Position numbers and translations under genes: made by a program. Below are positions 48,532-56,564 of a stretch of DNA of 64,000 nucleotides, piece by piece (position 1 is the first letter of the stretch; every line of letters begins with the position of its first letter). The notes under the pieces were generated by a model. The model searched no databases. It was not told the origin of the DNA and saw only the letters and a program-made list of their open reading frames with translations. This stretch comes from Podarcis pityusensis (lineage: Eukaryota): NCBI GenBank assembly GCA_964106645.2, contig CAXKZF020000028.1; one strand, given 5' to 3'.

Positions 48532-48675
48532 CGTAAACAGGTCTGCCGGTCCTGCCCCGTCCAACGCGAATGCCTCACCTACGCCCTCACCACCGGCGTC
48601 GCCCACGGCGTGTACGGCGGACACACCTACAGCGAACGCCTCCAACTCCAACACGCCATGAGAGGAACACCATGA
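48532..48675 (+). pseudogene. whiB: whiB-family remnant (N-terminus missing)
   Basis: KQVCRSCPVQRECLTYAL..GVYGGHTYSER; in-frame stop at 48514 and no start codon; ATGA overlap with the next gene. Confidence 0.8.
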
Positions 48676-49469
48676 CCAGCTATTTGAAACCCCTTGACGT
48701 CCTGACGGAGGGCCGGACCCTGCCCGCCGGGTATGACCGGTGGGCGATCGAGGCGACCCGCTCGGACGGGACGACCAGGCGCGCATACGTATGGCCGAAC
48801 CCTGGTGTGATCGCAGAGGCACCCGGGCCCATCAACGCCGACAACAGCACTGTCTACCGGGCCGCGGTCGGCGACGGCATCTTCGTCGGTTACACGTGGC
48901 GGGGTATGGCGACTGGTGGCATCCCGGCTTCGACTCTGCTTCTCGTCGCGGTTAAGGACAGCGACGTCCTCGGCGACAGCCCGCACACGGCGCGGGTGCG
49001 GTCGGCGCTCGTCGTGGACCGAATTGACGGGGAACGGTTCGTCCGTGAGCACGGGGCACACCTCGACCTAGCCTGCGCGTACCTGCCCGGCGCGAACCTG
49101 CCCGGCGCACACCTGCCCGGTGCGAACCTGACCGAAGCGAACATGGCCGACGTATACCTGCCCGACGCGAACCTGACCGGCGCGTACGCGCCCAGAGTGT
49201 GCATGGCCGCCGCGGACGTGCGCGGCGCGTACCTGGACGGCGCGTACCTGCCCGACGCTGATGTGCGCGGCGCTGACTTCGCGGACGCGTACGTCACCGG
49301 CGCGGACTTCACGGACGCGGACTTCACGGACGCGGACATGCCCAACGCAGATGTACGCGGCGCGAATTTCACGGGTGCGTGGATGACGCGGGACACCTTC
49401 GACCGCAGCGCCCTCGCCGACCACGGGTGGACGCTCAACGACCGTGGACGCATCGAGCGCGTCGCATGA
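48672..49469 (+). CDS. Pentapeptide repeat protein
   Basis: Tandem A(D/N/Y)Lxx repeats in the C-terminal half. Confidence 0.9.
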   Translation: MTSYLKPLDVLTEGRTLPAGYDRWAIEATRSDGTTRRAYVWPNPGVIAEAPGPINADNSTVYRAAVGDGIFVGYTWRGMATGGIPASTLLLVAVKDSDVLGDSPHTARVRSALVVDRIDGERFVREHGAHLDLACAYLPGANLPGAHLPGANLTEANMADVYLPDANLTGAYAPRVCMAAADVRGAYLDGAYLPDADVRGADFADAYVTGADFTDADFTDADMPNADVRGANFTGAWMTRDTFDRSALADHGWTLNDRGRIERVA

Positions 49470-49536
49470 AACCGCGCCCGCAGCTCACACACCTGCACGA
49501 CGCACGCCGCAACGACACGGCACGGAGGGCCACCAC

Positions 49537-49692
49537 ATGCTGACCATGACCGACTTCTTCTGCGGCGGCGGCGGGTCCTCCACCGGCGCGGCCCAGGTCC
49601 CCGGCGTCGAAGTGAGGGTCGCCGCGAACCACTGGGAACTAGCCGTAGAAGTGCACAACGCCAACCACCAGAACGCGTTACACGTGCAATGA
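49537..49692 (+). pseudogene. N-terminal fragment of a C5-cytosine DNA methyltransferase
   Basis: TDFFCGGGGSSTGA..AANHWELAVEVHNANH (motif I), then a stop at 51 aa. Confidence 0.85.
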
Positions 49693-49931
49693 CCCGCCTC
49701 TGCCCCGCCCACGCCGATCAGCACGTGAAGTGGCTGCACGCCCGGCCAAGCATCCCGCCCTGCCTGGTGCAGATCGGCGGTCTCAGCTCGGCGGCCGTGC
49801 ACCGACAGGCCCTCGAGTCCCGCCGCATGCGCGCCGAGGCTCACGCCACCCTCGTCCGCCGCCAGCTCGCCGACATCGAGCGCTGGTGCGCAGACGGCCG
49901 CGGTTGCGCGACCCCCGACCCCACCGACTGA
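49689..49931 (+). CDS. Hypothetical protein
   Basis: ATGA overlap. Confidence 0.5.
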   Translation: MTRLCPAHADQHVKWLHARPSIPPCLVQIGGLSSAAVHRQALESRRMRAEAHATLVRRQLADIERWCADGRGCATPDPTD

Positions 49932-49942
49932 AGGAGCACCCC

Positions 49943-50308
49943 ATGACCACACCCGCATTCGAGCCCCGCACCGTCACCGACGTCGACGGAGACTCCATCT
50001 ACGTCAACGTCTTCACCCGCTCCGGCGCCATCACGCCGGGCGTCCGGGTCGAACTCGACCAGGCCGTCTACCTCGACAGCACCGGCGCCCGGCGTCTCGG
50101 GCTCGCTCTCCTCGACGCGGCCGACACGCTGCCGCTCGAGGACGGGTGGTACGTGACGTACACCAACGGTGCCCCCACGGGCCCGTGGCGAGTCTACAAG
50201 GGGTGCCCGATCGGGCCCCTGGCAACGTCGATGAGTCACCGGGCACACACGGTCCGCATCGGGCCCCTCACCCCGGCCGACCTCGACCAGCTCGGGTCCT
50301 CGCAGTGA
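49943..50308 (+). CDS. Hypothetical protein
   Basis: RBS GAAGGAG; ARRLGLALLDAAD. Confidence 0.65.
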   Translation: MTTPAFEPRTVTDVDGDSIYVNVFTRSGAITPGVRVELDQAVYLDSTGARRLGLALLDAADTLPLEDGWYVTYTNGAPTGPWRVYKGCPIGPLATSMSHRAHTVRIGPLTPADLDQLGSSQ

Positions 50309-50721
50309 CCGCCCAGCCCGCCGAGTTCGACTGGCCCCGCTTCCACGCCGAGCAGGCCGTCAAGAGCCGCCTCGGGGAGGAGCGGCACACGCCGTGGCGT
50401 TGGATCGACGACGGCCGCGCCACCCAGTACCTCGATCAGGACGTGCTCGCCGCCTACAAGGCCGCGCTCATCGAGGCCTACCGCAAGCTCGAGCAGGTCA
50501 ACGAGAAGTACCGCCGCGACCACGAGCTGGGCGAGAAGTGGAGGCGGGAGCGGGACGCCAAGGCGACCCAGGCGATGCGCTACCGGGAGGGTCTGCTCAT
50601 CGAGCGGTACGACGCCGCCGCGAAGGCTGTCGCCGTCGTGCGGGCCGCTCAGCGGGCCGGTCGGAAGACCGTACGGGTCGACGACGTGCTTGCGGCGCTG
50701 GGGAGCGGTGAGGTCTCGTGA
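50305..50721 (+). CDS. Hypothetical coiled-coil protein
   Basis: GTGA overlaps; GRKTVRVDDV. Confidence 0.6.
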   Translation: MTAQPAEFDWPRFHAEQAVKSRLGEERHTPWRWIDDGRATQYLDQDVLAAYKAALIEAYRKLEQVNEKYRRDHELGEKWRRERDAKATQAMRYREGLLIERYDAAAKAVAVVRAAQRAGRKTVRVDDVLAALGSGEVS

Positions 50722-51374
50722 CCACATCTAGTCTCCGACTCGCGATCGCCGATCCGCCCTACCTGGGGCGCGCCGCCCTCTGGTACGGAGGTAGGGGCCG
50801 AGCCAAGCAGGGCACCGCCGGTCGCGCCGCCGGACGCGGGGATCTTGCCGCGGAGTTTCACCCCAATGCCGCGGAGATCACCCCGCAGCCGTTCGTCGCG
50901 GAGCTGCGCGGAGGCGGATCGACCGCACGTCGAGTCACCGACCCGCTCGCCACCGTCACTGCATCCGGGAACCATCACGGTCTGGTGACCCCCTACTACG
51001 GGGCGTCCACGACAGCACGAAGCAGCGACGAACCGATGGGCACCCTCACGACCCGCGACCGTTACGCACTCATCATGCGCAACAACACTGGCGGCGCCGA
51101 GATGACCACCCCAGCCGGTGAGGTAATGCGGACCGTCACCGCGTCGGGACACCAATCGGTGATCACGCCGGGCGACGTCGACGCGGCAAAGGCGCGCGTG
51201 GACGACTGCTACTTCCGGATGCTTGAGCCCTCGGAGGCTGCCGCAGCGATGGCGTTCCCCCGCGACTACATATGGCGCGGCACCCGCCGTGAGGTCACGA
51301 GGTTGTCAGGCAACGCCGTCACCCCACCCGCCGCCCGCGACATCATCGGCGCCGTCGCAGCCGCGCTCACCTAA
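50718..51374 (+). pseudogene. Chimeric methyltransferase remnant: DPPY-type N-terminus fused to a C5-MTase C-terminus
   Basis: LAIADPPYLG.. then DPLATVTASGNHHGL..FRMLEPSE..GNAVTPP. Confidence 0.7.
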
Positions 51375-51396
51375 CAACCTGCACTCCCGCCTAAGC

Positions 51397-51430
51397 GCGC
51401 CCCGCCCAACCACTGGTTGAGCGGGGCGTT
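51397..51430 (+). terminator. Terminator-like hairpin
   Basis: GCGCCCCGCCCAACC-act-GGTTGAGCGGGGCGTT. Confidence 0.6.
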
Positions 51431-51747
51431 CCCGTACCCCACAGGAGACGACATGACCGACAACGACACCACCACCCACCCCACCGACCGCGACGGGTGG
51501 CCCGACCCCGACGAACCGCTGTACCCCCACCACACCACCGCGGACTGGCTCACCGGGAAGAAGGACTGACACCGATGAACAAGGACCGCGGTGAACGGCC
51601 AGGCGAATCAGTCACCGACCTAGATGCCATGACAGGTGAGCAGACACCAGACCCCCGTCAACGAGCAAAGGCAGCGCAACGCCCCGCGCCCGACGTCCCG
51701 GCTCAGCTCCCAGGGCAGAGGAAGCTGCCGTTGCGGATGAGCCACTG

Positions 51748-51939
51748 ATGCCGCACCTCGTCTGCCGTGCCTGCACACCGCCGGTTCGGATGCAGGTACC
51801 CGATGACGACGCCGGCGAGACCCGCGCGTGGGTCGCGCACTGCCGGGCCAACCACCCCGAGATGGGCGGCCCCGCAAACCGGTATCCACGCCGCCAACCC
51901 GACGGCGACCCGACCCCACCCACCAACCGTCACGCGTGA
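51748..51939 (+). CDS. Small Zn-binding protein
   Basis: CRAC..HCRANH. Confidence 0.45.
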   Translation: MPHLVCRACTPPVRMQVPDDDAGETRAWVAHCRANHPEMGGPANRYPRRQPDGDPTPPTNRHA

Positions 51940-51993
51940 GTCACGGTGATTGTCACGCGTGACTCACGCGTGACGTCACGCGGTTGTCACGCG
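51929..51993. repeat. Iteron-like GTCACGCGTGA array 1
   Basis: Palindromic 11-12-bp units directly upstream of the initiator RBS. Confidence 0.85.
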
Positions 51994-52013
51994 CAGAAAG
52001 GAGGTGACGTCAC

Positions 52014-52397
52014 GTGTGGTTCAAGGTTGACGACCAATTGCACTCCCACCCGAAGGCCCGCAAGGCCGGTCTAGAAGCGATGGGGCTGTGGGCCATCTCG
52101 GGGTCCTGGTCCATGTGTTACAAGACCGACGGCTTCATCCCGGGATGGTTCGTCGCAGGACAACGCGGCGGTGACACCCTCGCTGCCGCGCTTGTCTCGG
52201 CAGGCCTATGGCATGCCGCTTCGGTGGACGGTGAGGGCGGGTGGCGTTTCCGCGATTGGGATGACTACCAACCACTTTCGGACGAAATCGAGCGGGTGCG
52301 TGAGCAGTCACGGACCCGTCAGAGAGCAAGTCGTGAGCGGCGTTCGACGGGTAAACCGAAGGCTGTTCCTGGCGTTGAAGAGGGCGGCGCGGCGTGA
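52014..52397 (+). CDS. Replication initiator-like protein (N-terminal domain)
   Basis: WFKVDDQLHSHPK..AMGLW..TDGFIP..LVSAGLW..FRDWDDYQP; RBS AGAAAGGAGG. Confidence 0.75.
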   Translation: MWFKVDDQLHSHPKARKAGLEAMGLWAISGSWSMCYKTDGFIPGWFVAGQRGGDTLAAALVSAGLWHAASVDGEGGWRFRDWDDYQPLSDEIERVREQSRTRQRASRERRSTGKPKAVPGVEEGGAA

Positions 52398-52610
52398 CAT
52401 GCGGCGTGAGTCACGCGGTTGTCACGGTGATTGTCACGCGTGACTCACGCGTGACGTCACGCGTGACGTCACGCGTGACGTCACGCGTGAGTCACAGCAC
52501 CCCGACCCGACCCGACCCGACCCGACTAAGTACTTGTGGTCACCGTCTGTTTTCGGGGCTTGGGTTGTTTGTTCTTACCCCTTGTGATTGAGAATCAAAA
52601 TCAACTTACG
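52392..52610. repeat. Iteron-like array 2, (CCCGA)5 and AT-rich tract: putative replication origin
   Basis: (GTCACGCGTGAC)n 52392-52495, CCCGA x5 52501-52525, then lower-GC DNA. Confidence 0.7.
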
Positions 52611-52652
52611 GTCTGTAACGCGCGAGACCGCGACTTGGATTTGGGAGCACCA

Positions 52653-53027
52653 ATGGAACGACACGAAGCCGACGTCATCGCCAGGGCAGTGAATGTTCTC
52701 CGCCCCGATTGGGTCGTGGAATCACTGGCAACCCTCATCTGGAAGCACTGCAGCCACCACCGCCGCGAGGTCGTCACGATCGCCTGCACCCTCATCGCGT
52801 TGGACCTGTCCCAAAAGACGCCGGGAGCGATCGGACGGGCGGGGTCGTGGTGGGCCAACGCGAACATCGCGCTCGGCGGATCCACGACCGCCGCCACCGT
52901 CGGCACGAAGTGCGCGATGCACCCCGACGCGTACGAACCCTGCAAGAGCTGTGCCGCCGAAACCCGGCCCGCGGCCCCCGGTGAGCTCGTTACCGCGTTG
53001 CGGGCGCAACTCGCAGCGAAACAGTAA
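52653..53027 (+). CDS. Replication-associated hypothetical protein
   Basis: LRPDW..KTPGAI..CAMH..CKSC. Confidence 0.6.
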   Translation: MERHEADVIARAVNVLRPDWVVESLATLIWKHCSHHRREVVTIACTLIALDLSQKTPGAIGRAGSWWANANIALGGSTTAATVGTKCAMHPDAYEPCKSCAAETRPAAPGELVTALRAQLAAKQ

Positions 53028-53077
53028 CCGCAAACCCTCAACCCTTACGTGAAGCTTCGGAAGGAGCTGATCCAGTC

Positions 53078-53269
53078 ATGCCCGAAAACATGCCCGCGGA
53101 ACGGCAGAAATTGATCCGCGAACTCGCCGCTGCACTCACCAGCGGCGCACCCGCCAGCGACGCTGCGGTGACGTCGCTGCGGACCCGCTGCGAAGAAGCA
53201 CTCGCCCCGCCAGCATGGTGGGCCGAGCTCACCGCGGAACGCTTCGGCGGGAAACCGGTGTGGTCGTGA
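53078..53269 (+). CDS. Hypothetical protein
   Basis: RBS GAAGGAG. Confidence 0.55.
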   Translation: MPENMPAERQKLIRELAAALTSGAPASDAAVTSLRTRCEEALAPPAWWAELTAERFGGKPVWS

Positions 53270-53631
53270 TCCGCCACTGGACAGCACTCATCGAGGACAC
53301 CACCACCGCCGTCGGTGACTTGTTCACCCAAGCCCGCGAGGACGTCACCGCCGAGCTGGCGCGGACCGGGCACCGCCCGAACCGTCCCCCGCATGTCGGC
53401 TTGGATCGTGGCGGGCTGCAGGTGTTGATCCGCGTCGACGTGGCTGAGGGCCGGTCTGAGTTCGAGCGTGACCGGGCGTTCACTGACGCCGTCATCGGCG
53501 GCGCCGACGCGGTCCAGGCGGCGGAACGGTTCGGGTTGACGGCGGAGGCGGCGCGGCGGGTGTGCGCTCGCCGGAGGCTACCGGACGCGCAACGCGCCCT
53601 CGCTGCCGCGGTGAAGGGGGTGGCGGCGTGA
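53266..53631 (+). CDS. Hypothetical protein with possible C-terminal HTH
   Basis: QAAERFGLTAEAARRVC. Confidence 0.55.
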   Translation: MIRHWTALIEDTTTAVGDLFTQAREDVTAELARTGHRPNRPPHVGLDRGGLQVLIRVDVAEGRSEFERDRAFTDAVIGGADAVQAAERFGLTAEAARRVCARRRLPDAQRALAAAVKGVAA

Positions 53632-54188
53632 TCGTGGCCGGGCTTGACACGTCATTGACCAAGACCGGGGTTGCGCTCATCGACACCCAGGACCGGTTGC
53701 ACGTCGAAACCGCCACCGTCGGCGTGAGAGGCCACCAAGACGCGACGTTGCGTGAACGGAACGACCGGCTCCAAGAGTCCCAAGATCAGGTCATCAACCG
53801 GCTCGTGCCGTGGTGCGGGCTCGTCGTGATCGAGGCGCCCGCGTTCGCGTCACGTAGCGGGCACATGCACGACCGGTCCGGGTTGTGGTGGCTGATCGTG
53901 CAACGGCTGCACCAGCGCAGCATCCCAGTGGTCTCGGTCGCTCCGACGGTCCGGGCGAAGTACGCCACCGGGAAAGGCAACTCGGCTAAAGGCGCCGTTG
54001 TCGACGCGGTCGCCCGCCGGTATCCGCACGTCGTGACCGGTGGTGACGACAACGTGTGTGACGCGGTGGTGCTCGCTGCGATCGGGGCGCGCCTGTTGGG
54101 GGAGCCGGTCGAGGATTCGTTGCCGAAGACGCACACGGACGCGCTCACGTCACTCGTTTTGCCGCCGGGAGCGGGGGTGGACCGGTGA
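53628..54188 (+). CDS. ruvC: RuvC-like Holliday junction resolvase
   Basis: AGLDTSLTKTGVA, VVIE, KYATGKGNSAK, DDNVCDA. Confidence 0.9.
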   Translation: MIVAGLDTSLTKTGVALIDTQDRLHVETATVGVRGHQDATLRERNDRLQESQDQVINRLVPWCGLVVIEAPAFASRSGHMHDRSGLWWLIVQRLHQRSIPVVSVAPTVRAKYATGKGNSAKGAVVDAVARRYPHVVTGGDDNVCDAVVLAAIGARLLGEPVEDSLPKTHTDALTSLVLPPGAGVDR

Positions 54189-54517
54189 GCGAAACCGACA
54201 GCACCCCCGTGAAGCCTGAACAATCGTTGTCAGAGCGGCGAACGCCCCACATCGCAGGTACGCACTCATGTGGTGCCCGTTGGAGCCGTCAGGGCGCGGT
54301 CCATTGCGGGTCGTGCCATGTCACGTTCACGAGCGTGTCCGGGTTCGACGCTCACCGCCGCGACTTCACCTGCTCGGACCCCGCGACGTTGACGAACAGC
54401 AAAGGCACCCGCGTCGAACTCGTCCAACGGGTCGACGCTGCCGGGTGCGTCATGTGGGGGTTTCCCGGCCCGGCCGACGCCAACGTCTTCAAACCCACCG
54501 ATCCGGGGCAGCCGTGA
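54185..54517 (+). CDS. FDxHR-type phage Zn-binding protein
   Basis: CGARW..HCGSCHVTF..FDAHR..CSDP. Confidence 0.75.
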   Translation: MSETDSTPVKPEQSLSERRTPHIAGTHSCGARWSRQGAVHCGSCHVTFTSVSGFDAHRRDFTCSDPATLTNSKGTRVELVQRVDAAGCVMWGFPGPADANVFKPTDPGQP

Positions 54518-54650
54518 CCGCTGACAACCCCAGGAAGCGGCCTGCGCGTCCACGTGAGCGCCGAACACGCCGGAAACGCCTAACTACCCAGACCGGACCG
54601 TCAACGCCTCCCACATGCGCTGACAGCGACCCCACTCAGGAGCCCCACCA

Positions 54651-54920
54651 ATGACCGACCCGACCCCACCCACCCTGAACCGGCCGTGGGTCGACCTCAT
54701 CACCCACGCCGCGACCCACGATTGGGCGATCCAGTCCGTCGCCGAAGGTGACGTCCACACCGTCCACATCGAACGCGTCAACAACGCCAACGTGAAAGTG
54801 GCCGCCGACACCCAATGGGTCGGCGACGTCATGCAAGGCCGTCCGCGCTGGCACGACGGGTTCGTGGCCGACTACATCAGCCTCGACGGCCTGTACCAGC
54901 AGATCCGGGACGTGACGTGA
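54651..54920 (+). CDS. Hypothetical protein
   Basis: RBS AGGAG. Confidence 0.55.
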   Translation: MTDPTPPTLNRPWVDLITHAATHDWAIQSVAEGDVHTVHIERVNNANVKVAADTQWVGDVMQGRPRWHDGFVADYISLDGLYQQIRDVT

Positions 54921-55186
54921 TCCCGGCCGTGGAACGCGCCGCCCACGCATGGTGGGACCGGCACGGTAAACGCCACCCGGACGGGCTCAGGTTCGACGAC
55001 CTGCTCCCTGTCATGCAGGACATTATCCGGGCTGACATGGAACCCCTCGTGGCCGCCGCGCTCACCACCGACGGGCCCGGCGAATCCGTCCTCGGCGAAC
55101 TCATCGCCGAGCTCGCTGCCCTGCAACGCGAAAACGCGGACCTGCGACGCCAACACGACGCCCACATCGGGAAGAAGAAGCCATGA
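54917..55186 (+). CDS. Hypothetical protein
   Basis: GTGA/ATGA overlaps. Confidence 0.55.
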   Translation: MIPAVERAAHAWWDRHGKRHPDGLRFDDLLPVMQDIIRADMEPLVAAALTTDGPGESVLGELIAELAALQRENADLRRQHDAHIGKKKP

Positions 55187-55551
55187 ACAAGCAGCAGCTC
55201 ACTGACGCCGTCCTGGACCGTTCCGGTGGCGCGTTCACCGCCGAGCAAGCCGCCCTCGCAGTCGAACTCGTGTTGGACGTGTTCGCGCGGGAGGTCGCAG
55301 CCGGACGCAAGGTCAGCGTGACCGGGTTCGGGACGCTGCAACCGCACCATGCGGCGGCGCGGGTCGGGCGGAACCCTCACACGGGTGCTCGGGTCACGAT
55401 CCCCGCGAAACGTCACGTCCGGTTCGAGCCGGGCCTGAACTTCAAGGCGCTCCTTGAAGACGAGGCGGCGTTGGGTTCGCGTCTGGTGACGTCGCGGCAG
55501 TCCCCGACGAAACCGGGCCGGTCCGTGACCGACGGACACCAGCGCGGCTAA
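55183..55551 (+). CDS. HU/IHF-family DNA-binding protein
   Basis: MNKQQL..VSVTGFGT..ARVGRNPHTG..IPA..F. Confidence 0.92.
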   Translation: MNKQQLTDAVLDRSGGAFTAEQAALAVELVLDVFAREVAAGRKVSVTGFGTLQPHHAAARVGRNPHTGARVTIPAKRHVRFEPGLNFKALLEDEAALGSRLVTSRQSPTKPGRSVTDGHQRG

Positions 55552-55573
55552 CCCCGCCCCCCTGCACCTGCAT

Positions 55574-55603
55574 GGCCCGCGCCCCGACCTGGGTGCGGGC
55601 CTT
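55574..55603 (+). terminator. Terminator-like hairpin before the conjugation-like module
   Basis: GGCCCGCGCCC-cgacct-GGGTGCGGGCCTT. Confidence 0.6.
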
Positions 55604-55630
55604 CACTCATCCCCGAAAAGGAAACCCACC

Positions 55631-55903
55631 ATGTGGCACTCATTGACACCGGTCGTCGCGGCAGGCGCCGACCAGAACATGCTGTTCAACAACCCGAAAG
55701 TTCTGTTCGTCATCACCCTCGTCATCGGCGCGATCCTCATCCTCAAGGGGTTCACGATCGCGAAGAGCAAGAACACGACGTTGACGAAGGCGTTAGAGGA
55801 CGGCGGCGTGTCCCTGTTCGGGGCGTTCCTCGTCGTCCTGGGCTTGTCCGTGCCGGTGGTCGTGGGCTTGATGACCGGGGTCGTCAACTGGGTCGGGGCA
55901 TGA
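55631..55903 (+). CDS. Small two-TM protein, pilin/VirB2-position candidate
   Basis: Leader plus two hydrophobic helices with a basic loop; first gene of the module. Confidence 0.6.
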   Translation: MWHSLTPVVAAGADQNMLFNNPKVLFVITLVIGAILILKGFTIAKSKNTTLTKALEDGGVSLFGAFLVVLGLSVPVVVGLMTGVVNWVGA

Positions 55904-55904
55904 C

Positions 55905-56564
55905 ATGACCCGCGTCCACTCAGACAACCCCGTCCGGTACGTGGAGGCGTACTGGCTGGGTGGCCGCGGGTGGCAGTGGTGGTTCACGGCGCGAGCTAAA
56001 GCGTTCGCTTTGTGCCTGTTCCTGTTCGCGACGTTCGTTGGTCCGGCCGCGGCCGGGATCGCCGCGTTGGCGTGGTGGGCGGAACCGAACGTGCTCGTTG
56101 CTGGTGTCGGCGGCGTCGTCGGCGCCGCGGTCGCGTTGGAGTCCGCGGCCACCGTCACCCGTTGGTTGTCGCCGCGGCTGACGCCTGCAACGCCGGTCCG
56201 GTACTGGATTGAGCAGGCCGTGCATGTCGCACGCGCGCCGCGCCCGCCCGCCCCACCCACCCCGCACGTCCTGCCCTCGCCAGCCCGCGCGCACACCCCG
56301 ACTGACCGCACGGTCAATGTCGGTCCCGACTGGAGGAATCATGACTGCACCACTTGCCGAGAAAGTGACGTCGCGGCTCGCGAACGTCGCCGCGTGGATG
56401 CGGCCCGCGCCGCAAGAACTCGCGACCCGCTACATCCTGCAGAACTTGGCCGTCACCCGCTCCGAGACGTGGGCGTATTTCGTGCTGGCCGACGTCGACT
56501 GGCACTCCAAGTCCGACACGGATCGCGGGTCGCTGTACCTGCAGCAGGCGGCGAGGGTCGCTGA
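55905..56564 (+). CDS. TcpE/VirB3-like membrane protein
   Basis: Two TM segments directly upstream of the VirB4-like ATPase; 3' end overlaps it. Confidence 0.55.
   Translation: MTRVHSDNPVRYVEAYWLGGRGWQWWFTARAKAFALCLFLFATFVGPAAAGIAALAWWAEPNVLVAGVGGVVGAAVALESAATVTRWLSPRLTPATPVRYWIEQAVHVARAPRPPAPPTPHVLPSPARAHTPTDRTVNVGPDWRNHDCTTCRESDVAARERRRVDAARAARTRDPLHPAELGRHPLRDVGVFRAGRRRLALQVRHGSRVAVPAAGGEGR

Noticed and set aside
51929-52525. CRISPR array
   Set aside because: Short abutting palindromic units with no unique spacers and no cas genes
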